Shown here piece after piece: positions 7,181-14,931 of a DNA stretch of 64,000 nucleotides. The stretch lies in contig JANLIT010000002.1 of NCBI GenBank assembly GCA_024653945.1, positions 80,255 to 144,254 on the forward strand, in the 5' to 3' direction. Under the pieces are notes generated by a model that saw nothing but the letters and a program-made list of their open reading frames with translations, searched no databases and had not been told where the DNA came from. This DNA comes from Candidatus Campbellbacteria bacterium. GTDB taxonomy: Bacteria > Patescibacteriota > Minisyncoccia > Phycocordibacterales > EsbW-18. A program made the position numbers and the translations under genes. Within the stretch, counting starts at the first letter, position 1. Each line of letters opens with the position of its first letter.

Positions 7181-7208
7181 AAAAAACCTTTGTATACAAA
7201 GGTTTTTT
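7181..7208. terminator. Bidirectional rho-independent terminator
   Basis: AAAAAA-CCTTTGTATACAAAGG-TTTTTT, a perfect palindrome with flanking A and T runs. Confidence 0.7.
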
Positions 7209-7218
7209 GGCTTACTAC

Positions 7219-7261
7219 TTTTCCCGACGTTTCAGTCGGGACCCCGACCACAGCGTCGGGG
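7219..7261. repeat. Two-hairpin 46-bp repeat, copy A, abutting the xth stop
   Basis: CCCGACGTTTCAGTCGGG plus ACCCCGACCACAGCGTCGGGG. Copies at 22322-22367 and 24344-24392 (inverted) have a few loop changes (copy C almost identical, copy B three or four differences). Confidence 0.65.
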
Positions 7262-8035
7262 CTACTTACTACTTACTTCTAACCCAACCGGGCAGTGATC
7301 GGAGCCGTACACATCCGAAAGTATTTCTGAACGTTTAATTTTTGGAAGAAGATTTTGAGAAACAATAAAGTAGTCCAATCGCCAACCAATATTTCTATCT
7401 CGTGCGCGAGAAATGGTATCCCAATATGAGTAGGCATTTTTTGTGTCGGGATGAAAATGTCGGAATGTGTCAACAAATCCGGCGGAGAGAACTTCATCCA
7501 TCCACGCGCGTTCTTCTGGCAAAAATCCAACGTGTCCTTCATTTTCTTTCGGTCGAGCAATGTCTATTTCTTCATGCGCGACATTGACGTCACCACAAAA
7601 AATCACCTTTTTGCCATTTTTCCTTAGTTTTTTAATGTGTTCCAAAAATGCGTCATAAAAATCAAGCTTGTACTGAAGCTTTTCTGGAGAACCCCCTCCG
7701 TTTGGAAAATAGACATTCAAAAGTACAAAATCTTCAAAAGCGGCTTCAATAAGACGTCCTTGGGTGTTGAACTTTTCAGGTAACACATCAAAAGAGACAC
7801 TTTTAGGCTCTTTTTTTGAGTACACGGCTACACCACTATATCCTTTTCGTTCTTTTGATGAGTTGAAATAGGCAAAATAACCTTCTGGCTTTTGAACTTC
7901 TGGAGAAAGTTGGCCTTCTTCTACTTTCGTTTCTTGAAGGCAAAAAATATCAGGTTTTTCTTGTTCAAACCAATCCCAATACCCTTGATTAAAGAGTGAG
8001 CGAAGTCCGTTTACATTCCACGAGATAATTCTCAT
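7262..8035 (-). CDS. xth: Exodeoxyribonuclease III (AP endonuclease)
   Basis: MRIISWNVNGLRS...IFCLQETK...GDVNVAHEEIDI...SDHCPV are the ExoIII/EEP signatures. The start is taken at MRIIS; the ORF track extends upstream to 8074. The ATG lies within the left flank of MITE copy c. The last four codons plus stop are encoded by CTACTTACTACTTAC. Confidence 0.85.
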   Translation of the reverse strand: MRIISWNVNGLRSLFNQGYWDWFEQEKPDIFCLQETKVEEGQLSPEVQKPEGYFAYFNSSKERKGYSGVAVYSKKEPKSVSFDVLPEKFNTQGRLIEAAFEDFVLLNVYFPNGGGSPEKLQYKLDFYDAFLEHIKKLRKNGKKVIFCGDVNVAHEEIDIARPKENEGHVGFLPEERAWMDEVLSAGFVDTFRHFHPDTKNAYSYWDTISRARDRNIGWRLDYFIVSQNLLPKIKRSEILSDVYGSDHCPVGLEVSSK

Positions 8036-8154
8036 CCCGTTAGAGATAGGAAATGCGGGGCATTTCCGTATCATGTTTATCTTTCTTTAAAAATTCGACC
8101 ATGTTTTTAATTCTCCACACATCGCCCGTTCAAAACTGAGAGATCTCTAACGGG
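8036..8154. repeat. MITE-like inverted-repeat element, copy c (119 bp)
   Basis: Termini CCCGTTAGAGATAGG ... GAGATCTCTAACGGG. Flanks are TTCTCAT and ACTCAT (shared CTCAT). There is an internal hairpin GGAAATGCGGGGCATTTCC. It starts immediately after the xth ATG. Confidence 0.6.
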
Positions 8155-8297
8155 ACTCATACAATGATTGTATCCAGCACTAAACGTTTCTCCAAATGCA
8201 CTGGAGCATTTAGTGCTGGATGTACTTTCTGATACAATACACGTGCTTATAACATTATTATTTAAATACATTTGGAGGTCTGGCCTCCCAAAAACAT

Positions 8298-8582
8298 ATG
8301 ATGAAAGGAAAATGTGGAGTGGCAAAAATTATTTGGATTTTGATTATTGTTGGAGCAATTAACTGGGGTCTTGTAGGTCTCGGTGGATTCTTCCAGAGTA
8401 ACTGGAACATCGTCAACCTTATTTTTGGCAGTTTGGGATGGTGGGTTGAGGGTGTTGTCTACGTTCTCGTCGGAGTAGCCGGTGTTATGTCACTCTTTCA
8501 CTGTAAGTGTGCGAAATGTAGTACGTGTGAATCATGTGGTGCAAACAACATGAAAAAGGAAGTGCCAATGCAACAGATGTAA
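8298..8582 (+). CDS. DUF378-family small membrane protein with a C-terminal Cys-rich tail
   Basis: IWILIIVGAINWGLVGL...VVYVLVGVAGV is the DUF378 hallmark (two TM helices). The tail CKCAKCSTCESC is unusual for the family. Confidence 0.55.
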   Translation: MMKGKCGVAKIIWILIIVGAINWGLVGLGGFFQSNWNIVNLIFGSLGWWVEGVVYVLVGVAGVMSLFHCKCAKCSTCESCGANNMKKEVPMQQM

Positions 8583-8590
8583 TTCAGAAA

Positions 8591-8626
8591 AGACCGGACC
8601 TCCTCTTGGAGGTCCGGTCTTTTTTA
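8591..8626 (+). terminator. Rho-independent terminator after the DUF378 gene
   Basis: Stem AGACCGGACCTCC/GGAGGTCCGGTCT with loop TCTT, then TTTTTT. A second GC hairpin at 8627-8668 faces the convergent minus-strand gene. Confidence 0.7.
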
Positions 8627-8688
8627 TAACAACACCCCGCTCGAGTACGAGCGGGGTGTTGTGTTGTTATTGGAACTTTTAGGAGAAA

Positions 8689-11127
8689 CTAATTACTATA
8701 CTTAGTTAGTGGCACTGTTCCGTTTGTTGGTTGTGAATACAGTGTTTGAATTACACAACTAGTGTATGTGAGCCAAGAACTCAACATGGTGTCAGCACCT
8801 ATAACTTGTGTTCCGCTGACTTGTAATGTTGGAAGGTGGCAACCTGGAACCTCACCTCCACCCCCACCTCCGTCTCCGGGAGGAACTGGGGGTACCGGTG
8901 GTCCCACTGGCACCACATTACTATCAAAGAGATACGCGTTACGTATACCTCCGGCCATTATTTTTCCCTGCGGAGTCATAAAGAGGTGTAAAGGTTGTCC
9001 TGCCGATTCACCTATACTGGCTGTTCCATAATCTCGGCGTAGAGGTGCTTCTGCGACACCGGCAAGCGTGCCGTCGTGCCACAAGGTGAAATATCTCTCA
9101 TCAATACCCGGATAACCAGCAAACACCAGGTATGAGCCGGCAACCGCAAAAGCAGGAAATATGGCCATGTCTCGTCTGTTGATATTTGTAAGAACGCTTT
9201 CTGGTACTGTCAATTCTCCTGCAGGTTCCAATCCGTTTGCGCCACTCGTAAAAAGAAAAATTCGATTTGAGTAATTAAGATTTCTTCCCGACTGGCCAGT
9301 GTGTGAAGTCACCGCCAAGCGTTTTGGAGTAGATGTGTAATCAATTGCCACTCTTCCGGGACACAAATTATCCGGCAGTGTTAGTTCTTGTACTGATGTG
9401 ATCCCACCGTCTGATTCGGCTCTGAAAACAGTTGGCGTATACGAGACTGGGGTAGTACACCTGTCAGATGAATTTCCTACGCGTCCAAGTATGTAATCTC
9501 CAAAACCCACAAGAGGTCTCAGCGAGTGTTCCTCTCGCTCCGCAAGTATCTGGAGTGATGGTGTGGAAAGGGTTACATCTCTACCACTGTTTCCATCAAG
9601 ACCAACTTGTACGTTACCGATTACTTTGCCATTGGCGGCGGCAAAGTTACTGTTGCGAATAATAAAATTTGATGAGGGTGAGAAAAGTACACCCCCCCCA
9701 GAAACTTGATAATATCCCGCGTGTTCGGCTCCCGCTCCATACGTATTTCCCGAGACACTTCCACCGTTCGAGCGAACTGCCATAAAAAATCCTCTATCAC
9801 CATCGGCAACCATTTGAGATTCGGCATTTCCGTGGAAGAACAGCGTCTGAAACCTCGAACCACCATCCATGCAAAGATCACGTTGAGAAATAAGTGTACC
9901 ATCATCTTTAAAGAACCACGCTCCACCTTGTCGAAAAGGTGGATATGAGCTCAAGTAATTTTGATCTTTAGGACCACCACACGCACCAGAGAATGCGAAC
10001 GCACCGTTTGCATATGCTGCACTTTGGATATTCTGAGTGCCAAATCTTGGTCCTGGATACACCATTAAATTAGGTAGATCAAGCAGTGTCGCAACAAGCG
10101 GTAATCGCAAACCCGCCTCTGGCGCAGCAACAAAAGGCACTTCAAGATCACAGTGACGCGTTCCGTGAGAATTTGAAACCGTCATAGTAAAGACAGTGTC
10201 TTTTGTTATTGGTCCAGTTACAATACTGCCTGTTTGTTGAGAGTCCGCACGTGCAGGATCTGGAGCACCAACAGTTGGTGTACCTGAAGGAGTAGCTGGA
10301 GCATCATCAGCTTCTATTGAAATAGTTGTTGGTAAATATCCCACGGTGTACGCGAGCGTTACCGTTCCCCCCGTTGCTGTTTCCGGATTACTTCTCATTT
10401 GACAATTTGGTGCGTGGGGAGAGGGTGGTGCACCAGAAGTAACAGTTAAATTTGATGATATGGTGAGGCCGGCATACATGGCGTTAATCTGCGCAACACC
10501 CGCATGAAGTCCCAAAATTTCTTGTAGATTTCCACCGTGAGGAGAACCTGCGTTGTGAATAATCGTACCTTCCTGTGGAGAAGAAAATGTTGTGTAGCCA
10601 CTCACATCATTCCAACTCCCTCCATCGGCACTATATTCGGAACCAAAAATAGCGGGGTTACTACCGGCCTGCACCGTTTGAGGCGCTGGGTTCATGCGCA
10701 AAGATGGCCCGCCAGATGGAGCCGCTGGTTCATACCCAAGAAAAAACAATATTGAAGTTTCAAAAGGACATTGAATTGTTGCGGTTGGGGGATTACCTGC
10801 ATTAATCAACACAAGACGAGAGGTTCCAGCCATTGGCTCTACATCAATACGATATCCCCCAGGAGGTAATGGGGCACCACTATTTGTTGTGTTAACACTC
10901 TGAAAGGTTTGACCATTTCCTGGGAAAAAACGTGATGAGGAAATGACGGTCCCAGCGGGTCCTGTGATAGTAAAGGCGGGGTATGTGTTGAGAGGAAGTT
11001 GGCTACGTGAAAAACCGACACTAATATGATTACATGCATCCACAGCTGATGCGTTTTGAATATTAAACGACGCAAACCCAACAACGCTCAGAGCGACGAC
11101 AGCTATTCCAAGGAGATATTTTTTCAT
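8689..11127 (-). CDS. Large secreted protein (812 aa), possibly beta-helix/adhesin-like
   Basis: Signal peptide MKKYLLGIAVVALSVVGFASFNIQNASA. Gly/Ser/Asn-rich with repeated NG/SG motifs and a C-terminal PPVPPVPPGDGGGGGG linker. Function unknown. Confidence 0.6.
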   Translation of the reverse strand: MKKYLLGIAVVALSVVGFASFNIQNASAVDACNHISVGFSRSQLPLNTYPAFTITGPAGTVISSSRFFPGNGQTFQSVNTTNSGAPLPPGGYRIDVEPMAGTSRLVLINAGNPPTATIQCPFETSILFFLGYEPAAPSGGPSLRMNPAPQTVQAGSNPAIFGSEYSADGGSWNDVSGYTTFSSPQEGTIIHNAGSPHGGNLQEILGLHAGVAQINAMYAGLTISSNLTVTSGAPPSPHAPNCQMRSNPETATGGTVTLAYTVGYLPTTISIEADDAPATPSGTPTVGAPDPARADSQQTGSIVTGPITKDTVFTMTVSNSHGTRHCDLEVPFVAAPEAGLRLPLVATLLDLPNLMVYPGPRFGTQNIQSAAYANGAFAFSGACGGPKDQNYLSSYPPFRQGGAWFFKDDGTLISQRDLCMDGGSRFQTLFFHGNAESQMVADGDRGFFMAVRSNGGSVSGNTYGAGAEHAGYYQVSGGGVLFSPSSNFIIRNSNFAAANGKVIGNVQVGLDGNSGRDVTLSTPSLQILAEREEHSLRPLVGFGDYILGRVGNSSDRCTTPVSYTPTVFRAESDGGITSVQELTLPDNLCPGRVAIDYTSTPKRLAVTSHTGQSGRNLNYSNRIFLFTSGANGLEPAGELTVPESVLTNINRRDMAIFPAFAVAGSYLVFAGYPGIDERYFTLWHDGTLAGVAEAPLRRDYGTASIGESAGQPLHLFMTPQGKIMAGGIRNAYLFDSNVVPVGPPVPPVPPGDGGGGGGEVPGCHLPTLQVSGTQVIGADTMLSSWLTYTSCVIQTLYSQPTNGTVPLTKYSN

Positions 11128-11157
11128 GAGTATATATTACTAATAGTTCTTTACATT

Positions 11158-12090
11158 CTACTCTTTTTCGCGATTAGTGTGAAACTTGCTGTGGACTTCT
11201 TTGAGGTGTTTGTCCGTCACGTGTGTATAAATTTGCGTCGTGGTGATGTTAGCGTGACCAAGAAGCGCTTGTACGCTTCGTAAATCGGCACCATTCTCCA
11301 GTAGATCAGTGGCAAATGAGTGGCGAATGACGTGTGGTGTTACTTTTTTGCTAATACCAACCTTAATCGCATATCGTTTTACCAATCTTTCAACAGAGCG
11401 CGCGGTGAGACGCAAATCTTTTGCATTCTTTGACGCTTTTCCAAACTGAATGAACATCGCATCATCCATGTCGGTTCGTTTCTTCAAATAGTCGTTGACG
11501 GCATCACGCGCGGAAGGGGAGACAAACACAACACGCACCTTTTCACCTTTTCCACGAATGGAAAATTCCCCGCGTGACAAATCAATATCTCGAGGAAGTG
11601 ACACCAGCTCTGACACGCGCATGCCTGTTGAAAAAAGAAGTTCCAATAATGCCTTATCACGAAGAGCGCCGACCAAATCGCCCTCGGGCGCTTTCATAAT
11701 GCGGACCAATTCAACTGGCGTAATCAAATCAAGGTCGCGATCTCCGACTTTTGCGAGTTCAATGGCTTCTGGTTGGAGTGTTGTAATGTTTCGTTTGCGT
11801 AAAAATTTCAAGAATGCCCGTAAGGCAATCAAATAATAATTTTGTGTGTTCTTTTTGAGCGTTCCGCTGTTTTGTGCTTCATGTTTCATGGTTCGTGCCT
11901 GCTGACGATTGAGCCACAAACGAAACTCGCGCACGGATGTTTCGGTGATATCAACAGGTTTAGAAATCTTAGAAAAACCAACAAATCTTGAGAGGTACCT
12001 ATCATAGTTTTCAATCGTCTTGGTAGAGCGCCCACGTTCAATCTCAAGGTATTCAAGAAATTCGTGTTTTAATTTTTCAACAGGGTTCAT
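11158..12090 (-). CDS. Tyrosine recombinase, XerC/XerD family
   Basis: N-terminal SAM-like domain (EFLEYLEIERGRSTKTIENY), catalytic LRHSFATDLLENGADLRSVQALLGHANITTTQIYTHV, R..H..RY motifs. The ATG lies within the left flank of MITE copy d. Confidence 0.85.
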   Translation of the reverse strand: MNPVEKLKHEFLEYLEIERGRSTKTIENYDRYLSRFVGFSKISKPVDITETSVREFRLWLNRQQARTMKHEAQNSGTLKKNTQNYYLIALRAFLKFLRKRNITTLQPEAIELAKVGDRDLDLITPVELVRIMKAPEGDLVGALRDKALLELLFSTGMRVSELVSLPRDIDLSRGEFSIRGKGEKVRVVFVSPSARDAVNDYLKKRTDMDDAMFIQFGKASKNAKDLRLTARSVERLVKRYAIKVGISKKVTPHVIRHSFATDLLENGADLRSVQALLGHANITTTQIYTHVTDKHLKEVHSKFHTNREKE

Positions 12091-12208
12091 CGCACTAGAG
12101 ATAGAAAACGTGAAACGTTTTCGTGGTTATATTGGTAATGTACAAATCAATACACACATTTTTTGTTCGAGTAAGAGTGGTTTTCATAACTGAGAAATCT
12201 CTAATGTG
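12091..12208. repeat. MITE-like element, degenerate copy d (118 bp)
   Basis: CGCACTAGAGATAGAAAACGTGAAACGTTTTC ... CTGAGAAATCTCTAATGTG, homologous to copy c (8036-8154). Flanked by TTCAT (12086-12090) and ATTCAT (12209-12214). Confidence 0.5.
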
Positions 12209-12274
12209 ATTCATACTCCCTATTCTCCCGCACTTTCTAGTGTCGCACAATATTATTTTGCGCAACTTCTCTGC

Positions 12275-12303
12275 TTGACAACAAGAGCTATTCTGTGTAG
12301 AGT
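12275..12303 (+). promoter_or_regulatory. Sigma70-type promoter TTGACA-17-TAGAGT
   Basis: cTTGACAacaagagctattctgtgTAGAGT. An AAGGAGAGG SD and the ATG at 12340 follow. Confidence 0.5.
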
Positions 12304-12339
12304 GTGCGCAGAAAGATCGGCAACCAAAGGAGAGGTGGT

Positions 12340-12708
12340 ATGAGCAACGGAAGGTTTCCGAATTACCCCGGCTCAAAAAAAGAGGGGATGCTTCTGAAGT
12401 TTCCAAGCTCTTCGAGCATTGGAAAGGGGATTGTTGTGGAAATGGGAAGCGAAACCGAGAAGCCAGCGACTTCAAGGGCAGAAGTTGCCAGAAAGTTCTA
12501 CCGAATGGAGCTCTACCTTGGAGCTCTTCAGGGAAGGATCCGGCCCGAGAACATCGCCAGTAGGAAGTCGGGCCTCAAGGAGTTGAGTGACTCTCAGCTT
12601 CTCAACGTGGTTGAGAACTCGAGCGAGACGACGTGGGGGGTGCACCCGAGTTTCTACTGGGCGCTGTCGGAAATCATTCGTGAACGAGGCATTCCGCTTC
12701 TTCCGTGA
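12340..12708 (+). CDS. Hypothetical protein (122 aa)
   Basis: The ORF is preceded by SD AAGGAGAGGTGG 2 nt from the ATG and by the promoter at 12275. Confidence 0.45.
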   Translation: MSNGRFPNYPGSKKEGMLLKFPSSSSIGKGIVVEMGSETEKPATSRAEVARKFYRMELYLGALQGRIRPENIASRKSGLKELSDSQLLNVVENSSETTWGVHPSFYWALSEIIRERGIPLLP

Positions 12709-12745
12709 TGGTAACCATGTTCTTTAACAAAAGGGAGAGATGGGT

Positions 12746-12997
12746 ATGAACTGGATGAACATGTTGTACTGGGTCATCGGTATCATCGGATACATCCTGA
12801 TGGGCGGTTTGGTCGTTCGGACTGCCCGAAACAGGGGCTACGATAAACCCGAATTTTGGTGGGGAATGCCCAGATTCCTCATCATTCTACTCGTACCGAG
12901 TCCCCTCATGGGTCTTCTGTGGCCACTCTCGGTCCTGACCCACATCGTTTTGGACGGTATCGAGTTTGTTTTCAAAAGCCTCAACGGCTTCAAATAG
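12746..12997 (+). CDS. Small hypothetical membrane protein (83 aa)
   Basis: Two hydrophobic helices (LYWVIGIIGYILMGGLVV; FLIILLVPSPLMGLLWPLSVL). SD GGGAGAGA. Terminator downstream. Confidence 0.45.
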   Translation: MNWMNMLYWVIGIIGYILMGGLVVRTARNRGYDKPEFWWGMPRFLIILLVPSPLMGLLWPLSVLTHIVLDGIEFVFKSLNGFK

Positions 12998-13010
12998 CCG
13001 TGTTCTTCAA

Positions 13011-13060
13011 ACCGATTCGCACGTTGTTTTTTCAACGGCGCGAATCGGTTTTTTCTTTTT
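13011..13060 (+). terminator. Rho-independent terminator
   Basis: Stem ACCGATTCGC/GCGAATCGGT with a 19-nt loop, then TTTTTTCTTTTTC. A second GC hairpin follows at 13064-13088. Confidence 0.6.
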
Positions 13061-13295
13061 CTGCCCCGCCCTCGTATTGAGGGCGGGGTTCTAAAAAATC
13101 ATAGTCGTTTCACTCCTTGATTTTTTGAACTTGCAAAAAACCCATAATTTGATATAGTGTTTTTGGTCTGGTTTGGACAGCAACAATGCTTTCCCCGCAG
13201 CCATCTGTGCCTTTGTAAGCGGAGCATCAACCTCCGCGACCCTCTCGGGCCATAGGGTGACGCGACATAAAGCAGCGTTCTCGCCAAATCACACC

Positions 13296-13328
13296 GTGGG
13301 GGTACTCGTTCGTACCCCCACTTTTCTT
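13296..13328 (+). terminator. Rho-independent terminator ending an unannotated plus-strand transcript upstream of rpsO
   Basis: Stem GTGGGGGTAC/GTACCCCCAC with loop TCGTTC, then TTTTCTT. Confidence 0.6.
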
Positions 13329-13405
13329 AAAATCGTGGGGTAGTGGTATACTCCAAGTGTTCACAACGTTTTAATCCTAGTTTCCAGTATCAAGTCTCTA
13401 TTTAT

Positions 13406-13666
13406 ATGTTATCCAAGAAAAAGAAAATCAAAGTTATTAAGGAAAGTGCTCGACACGATGCCGACACAGGCTCTCCTGAAGTACAAATCAATTTGCTCTC
13501 AAAGCGTATTGATGAGCTTTCAAAGCACTTGAAAGACAACCGTAAGGACAAACACTCACGGCGCGGTCTTCTCGGAATGGTGGCACAACGCCGAACGCAT
13601 TTGGCATACCTCAAAAAGAAAAACCCAGCTAAACACGCCGAACTACTCAAGAAGATCAAAGAATAA
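13406..13666 (+). CDS. rpsO: 30S ribosomal protein S15
   Basis: DTGSPEVQINLLSKRIDELSKHLKDNRKDKHSRRGLLGMVAQRRTHLAYLKKKN matches the S15 consensus (TGS.EVQ...T.RI..L..HL....KD.HSRRGL..MV..RR.LL.YL). Confidence 0.85.
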   Translation: MLSKKKKIKVIKESARHDADTGSPEVQINLLSKRIDELSKHLKDNRKDKHSRRGLLGMVAQRRTHLAYLKKKNPAKHAELLKKIKE

Positions 13667-13794
13667 TTCCTTGCACGCAAGGACTGCAAAATATCAAATA
13701 CCAAATGACAAACAATCCTGTTATCATTTGGATTAAGGTCGTTGAATTTTTTTGATATTTGTTATTTGAACTTTGTAATTTATTTTAAATATTT

Positions 13795-14334
13795 ATGACC
13801 ATAATCAAACAGAAGGCACAGCGTGTTGCCGTTTTTATCGACGCGCAAAATCTCTATCATAGTGCACGACATCTCTACAGCGCTCGCGTTAATTTCGCAG
13901 CAATCGTTAAGGATGCAATAGGGGAGCGACCGCTCATTCGTGCAATCGCATACGTTATTTCTACCGAATCAGGTGAAGAAAAAACATTTTTTGAAGCTCT
14001 TACCAAAATGGGTATTGAGGTAAAAACAAAAGATTTACAAATTTTTGCAGGAGGCGCTAAGAAAGCTGACTGGGATGTTGGACTTGCTATGGACGCAGTG
14101 AAACTCGCACCAAAGTTGGATGCCGTTGTCATTGTGTCTGGAGACGGAGACTATGTTCCGCTCGTTGAGTACTTGCAGATTAGCCAAGGATGTCAGGTGG
14201 AAGCCATCGCATTCGGACGCTCAACATCTGCAAAACTCATTGAAGCCGCAGACCACTTCACCAATCTTGATGACGATCCCCGCAAGTACCTCATGGGGTA
14301 CCGCGGACGAAATGAGAGAAAAAATGTCAAATAG
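13795..14334 (+). CDS. NYN-domain protein (LabA/DUF88-like)
   Basis: VAVFIDAQNLYHSARH...AIAYV...VVIVSGDGDYVPLVEYLQ is the NYN/LabA motif set. Confidence 0.7.
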   Translation: MTIIKQKAQRVAVFIDAQNLYHSARHLYSARVNFAAIVKDAIGERPLIRAIAYVISTESGEEKTFFEALTKMGIEVKTKDLQIFAGGAKKADWDVGLAMDAVKLAPKLDAVVIVSGDGDYVPLVEYLQISQGCQVEAIAFGRSTSAKLIEAADHFTNLDDDPRKYLMGYRGRNERKNVK

Positions 14335-14340
14335 CAAATA

Positions 14341-14393
14341 GTAGAAAGTAGAAGGTAGAAGGTAGAAAGTAGTAAGTAGAAGGTGGTAAGCAA
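14341..14393. repeat. Low-complexity (AGTAGAAAG/GTAGAAG)n tract
   Basis: agtagaaagtagaaggtagaaggtagaaagtagtaagtagaaggtggtaagc. Its reverse complement belongs to the (TACTTN)n motif class seen at many gene ends in the window. Confidence 0.6.
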
Positions 14394-14394
14394 G

Positions 14395-14430
14395 AAAACC
14401 TCGCCGGCATGATGCCGGCGAGGTTTTTCT
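14395..14430. terminator. Bidirectional terminator after the NYN gene
   Basis: AAAA, then stem CCTCGCCGGC/GCCGGCGAGG with loop ATGAT, then TTTTT. Confidence 0.7.
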
Positions 14431-14522
14431 GTGTTGACTTTATTGCTTTTTAAGTGCAAAATCACGACCAGAAACAACCAGTTCGCTCTTTATCAACCGT
14501 AGTTCAAACCAAGGAGATTGTG

Positions 14523-14774
14523 ATGGAAAACGTGCTTCTCGACGTTGGGCTTTCTCTCCTCAAGATTCTGTACATGATGACCGCGTCGCTTCTGCTGACT
14601 GTGATGGTAAAAATCATCATCTGGGTCTGGCGCAAAGCAACCCCGAACAGTAGGGACCGCGGACTCGATATGTTGAAGTACCTCAGCCTTGTTGATGTTT
14701 GGTTTATTCTTTTTCTCATACTCTACCTGGCCAAAAGTATGGCCGAGATCTTGGAAGATGTTGCAAAAATGTAA
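14523..14774 (+). CDS. Small hypothetical membrane protein (83 aa)
   Basis: SD AAGGAG 7 nt upstream. Two TM helices. Its own GC-hairpin terminator follows. Confidence 0.45.
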   Translation: MENVLLDVGLSLLKILYMMTASLLLTVMVKIIIWVWRKATPNSRDRGLDMLKYLSLVDVWFILFLILYLAKSMAEILEDVAKM

Positions 14775-14799
14775 TTCTGACGTTCTGCGAGTAATCACT

Positions 14800-14840
14800 C
14801 GCCCCGCCTGTGCACCTCGTGTGCTCGGCGGGGCTTTTTT
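14800..14840 (+). terminator. GC-hairpin terminator (GCCCCGCC...GGCGGGGC family)
   Basis: cGCCCCGCCtgtgcacctcgtgtgctcGGCGGGGCtttttt. The loop is related to those of the terminators at 15387 and 15906. Confidence 0.65.
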
Positions 14841-14847
14841 GTTAAAC

Positions 14848-14875
14848 TTGACAAACATGTATTTAGGCATATAAT
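14848..14875 (+). promoter_or_regulatory. Sigma70-type promoter TTGACA-16-TATAAT
   Basis: cTTGACAaacatgtatttaggcaTATAATg, upstream of the sigma-region-4 protein gene. Confidence 0.6.
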
Positions 14876-14931
14876 GCGTGCCAGATTAGAGACACCGCAG
14901 TACGCAATGGCCTTTGGCCAAGGAGGTAAAG

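Noticed and set aside
12095-12475. Minus-strand 126-aa ORF
   Set aside because: It overlaps MITE copy d, the 12275 promoter, and the better-supported plus-strand gene 12340-12708.
13099-13287. Minus-strand 62-aa ORF with a TTG start
   Set aside because: Odd composition (Arg/Cys-rich). It lies between terminators oriented for plus-strand transcription.
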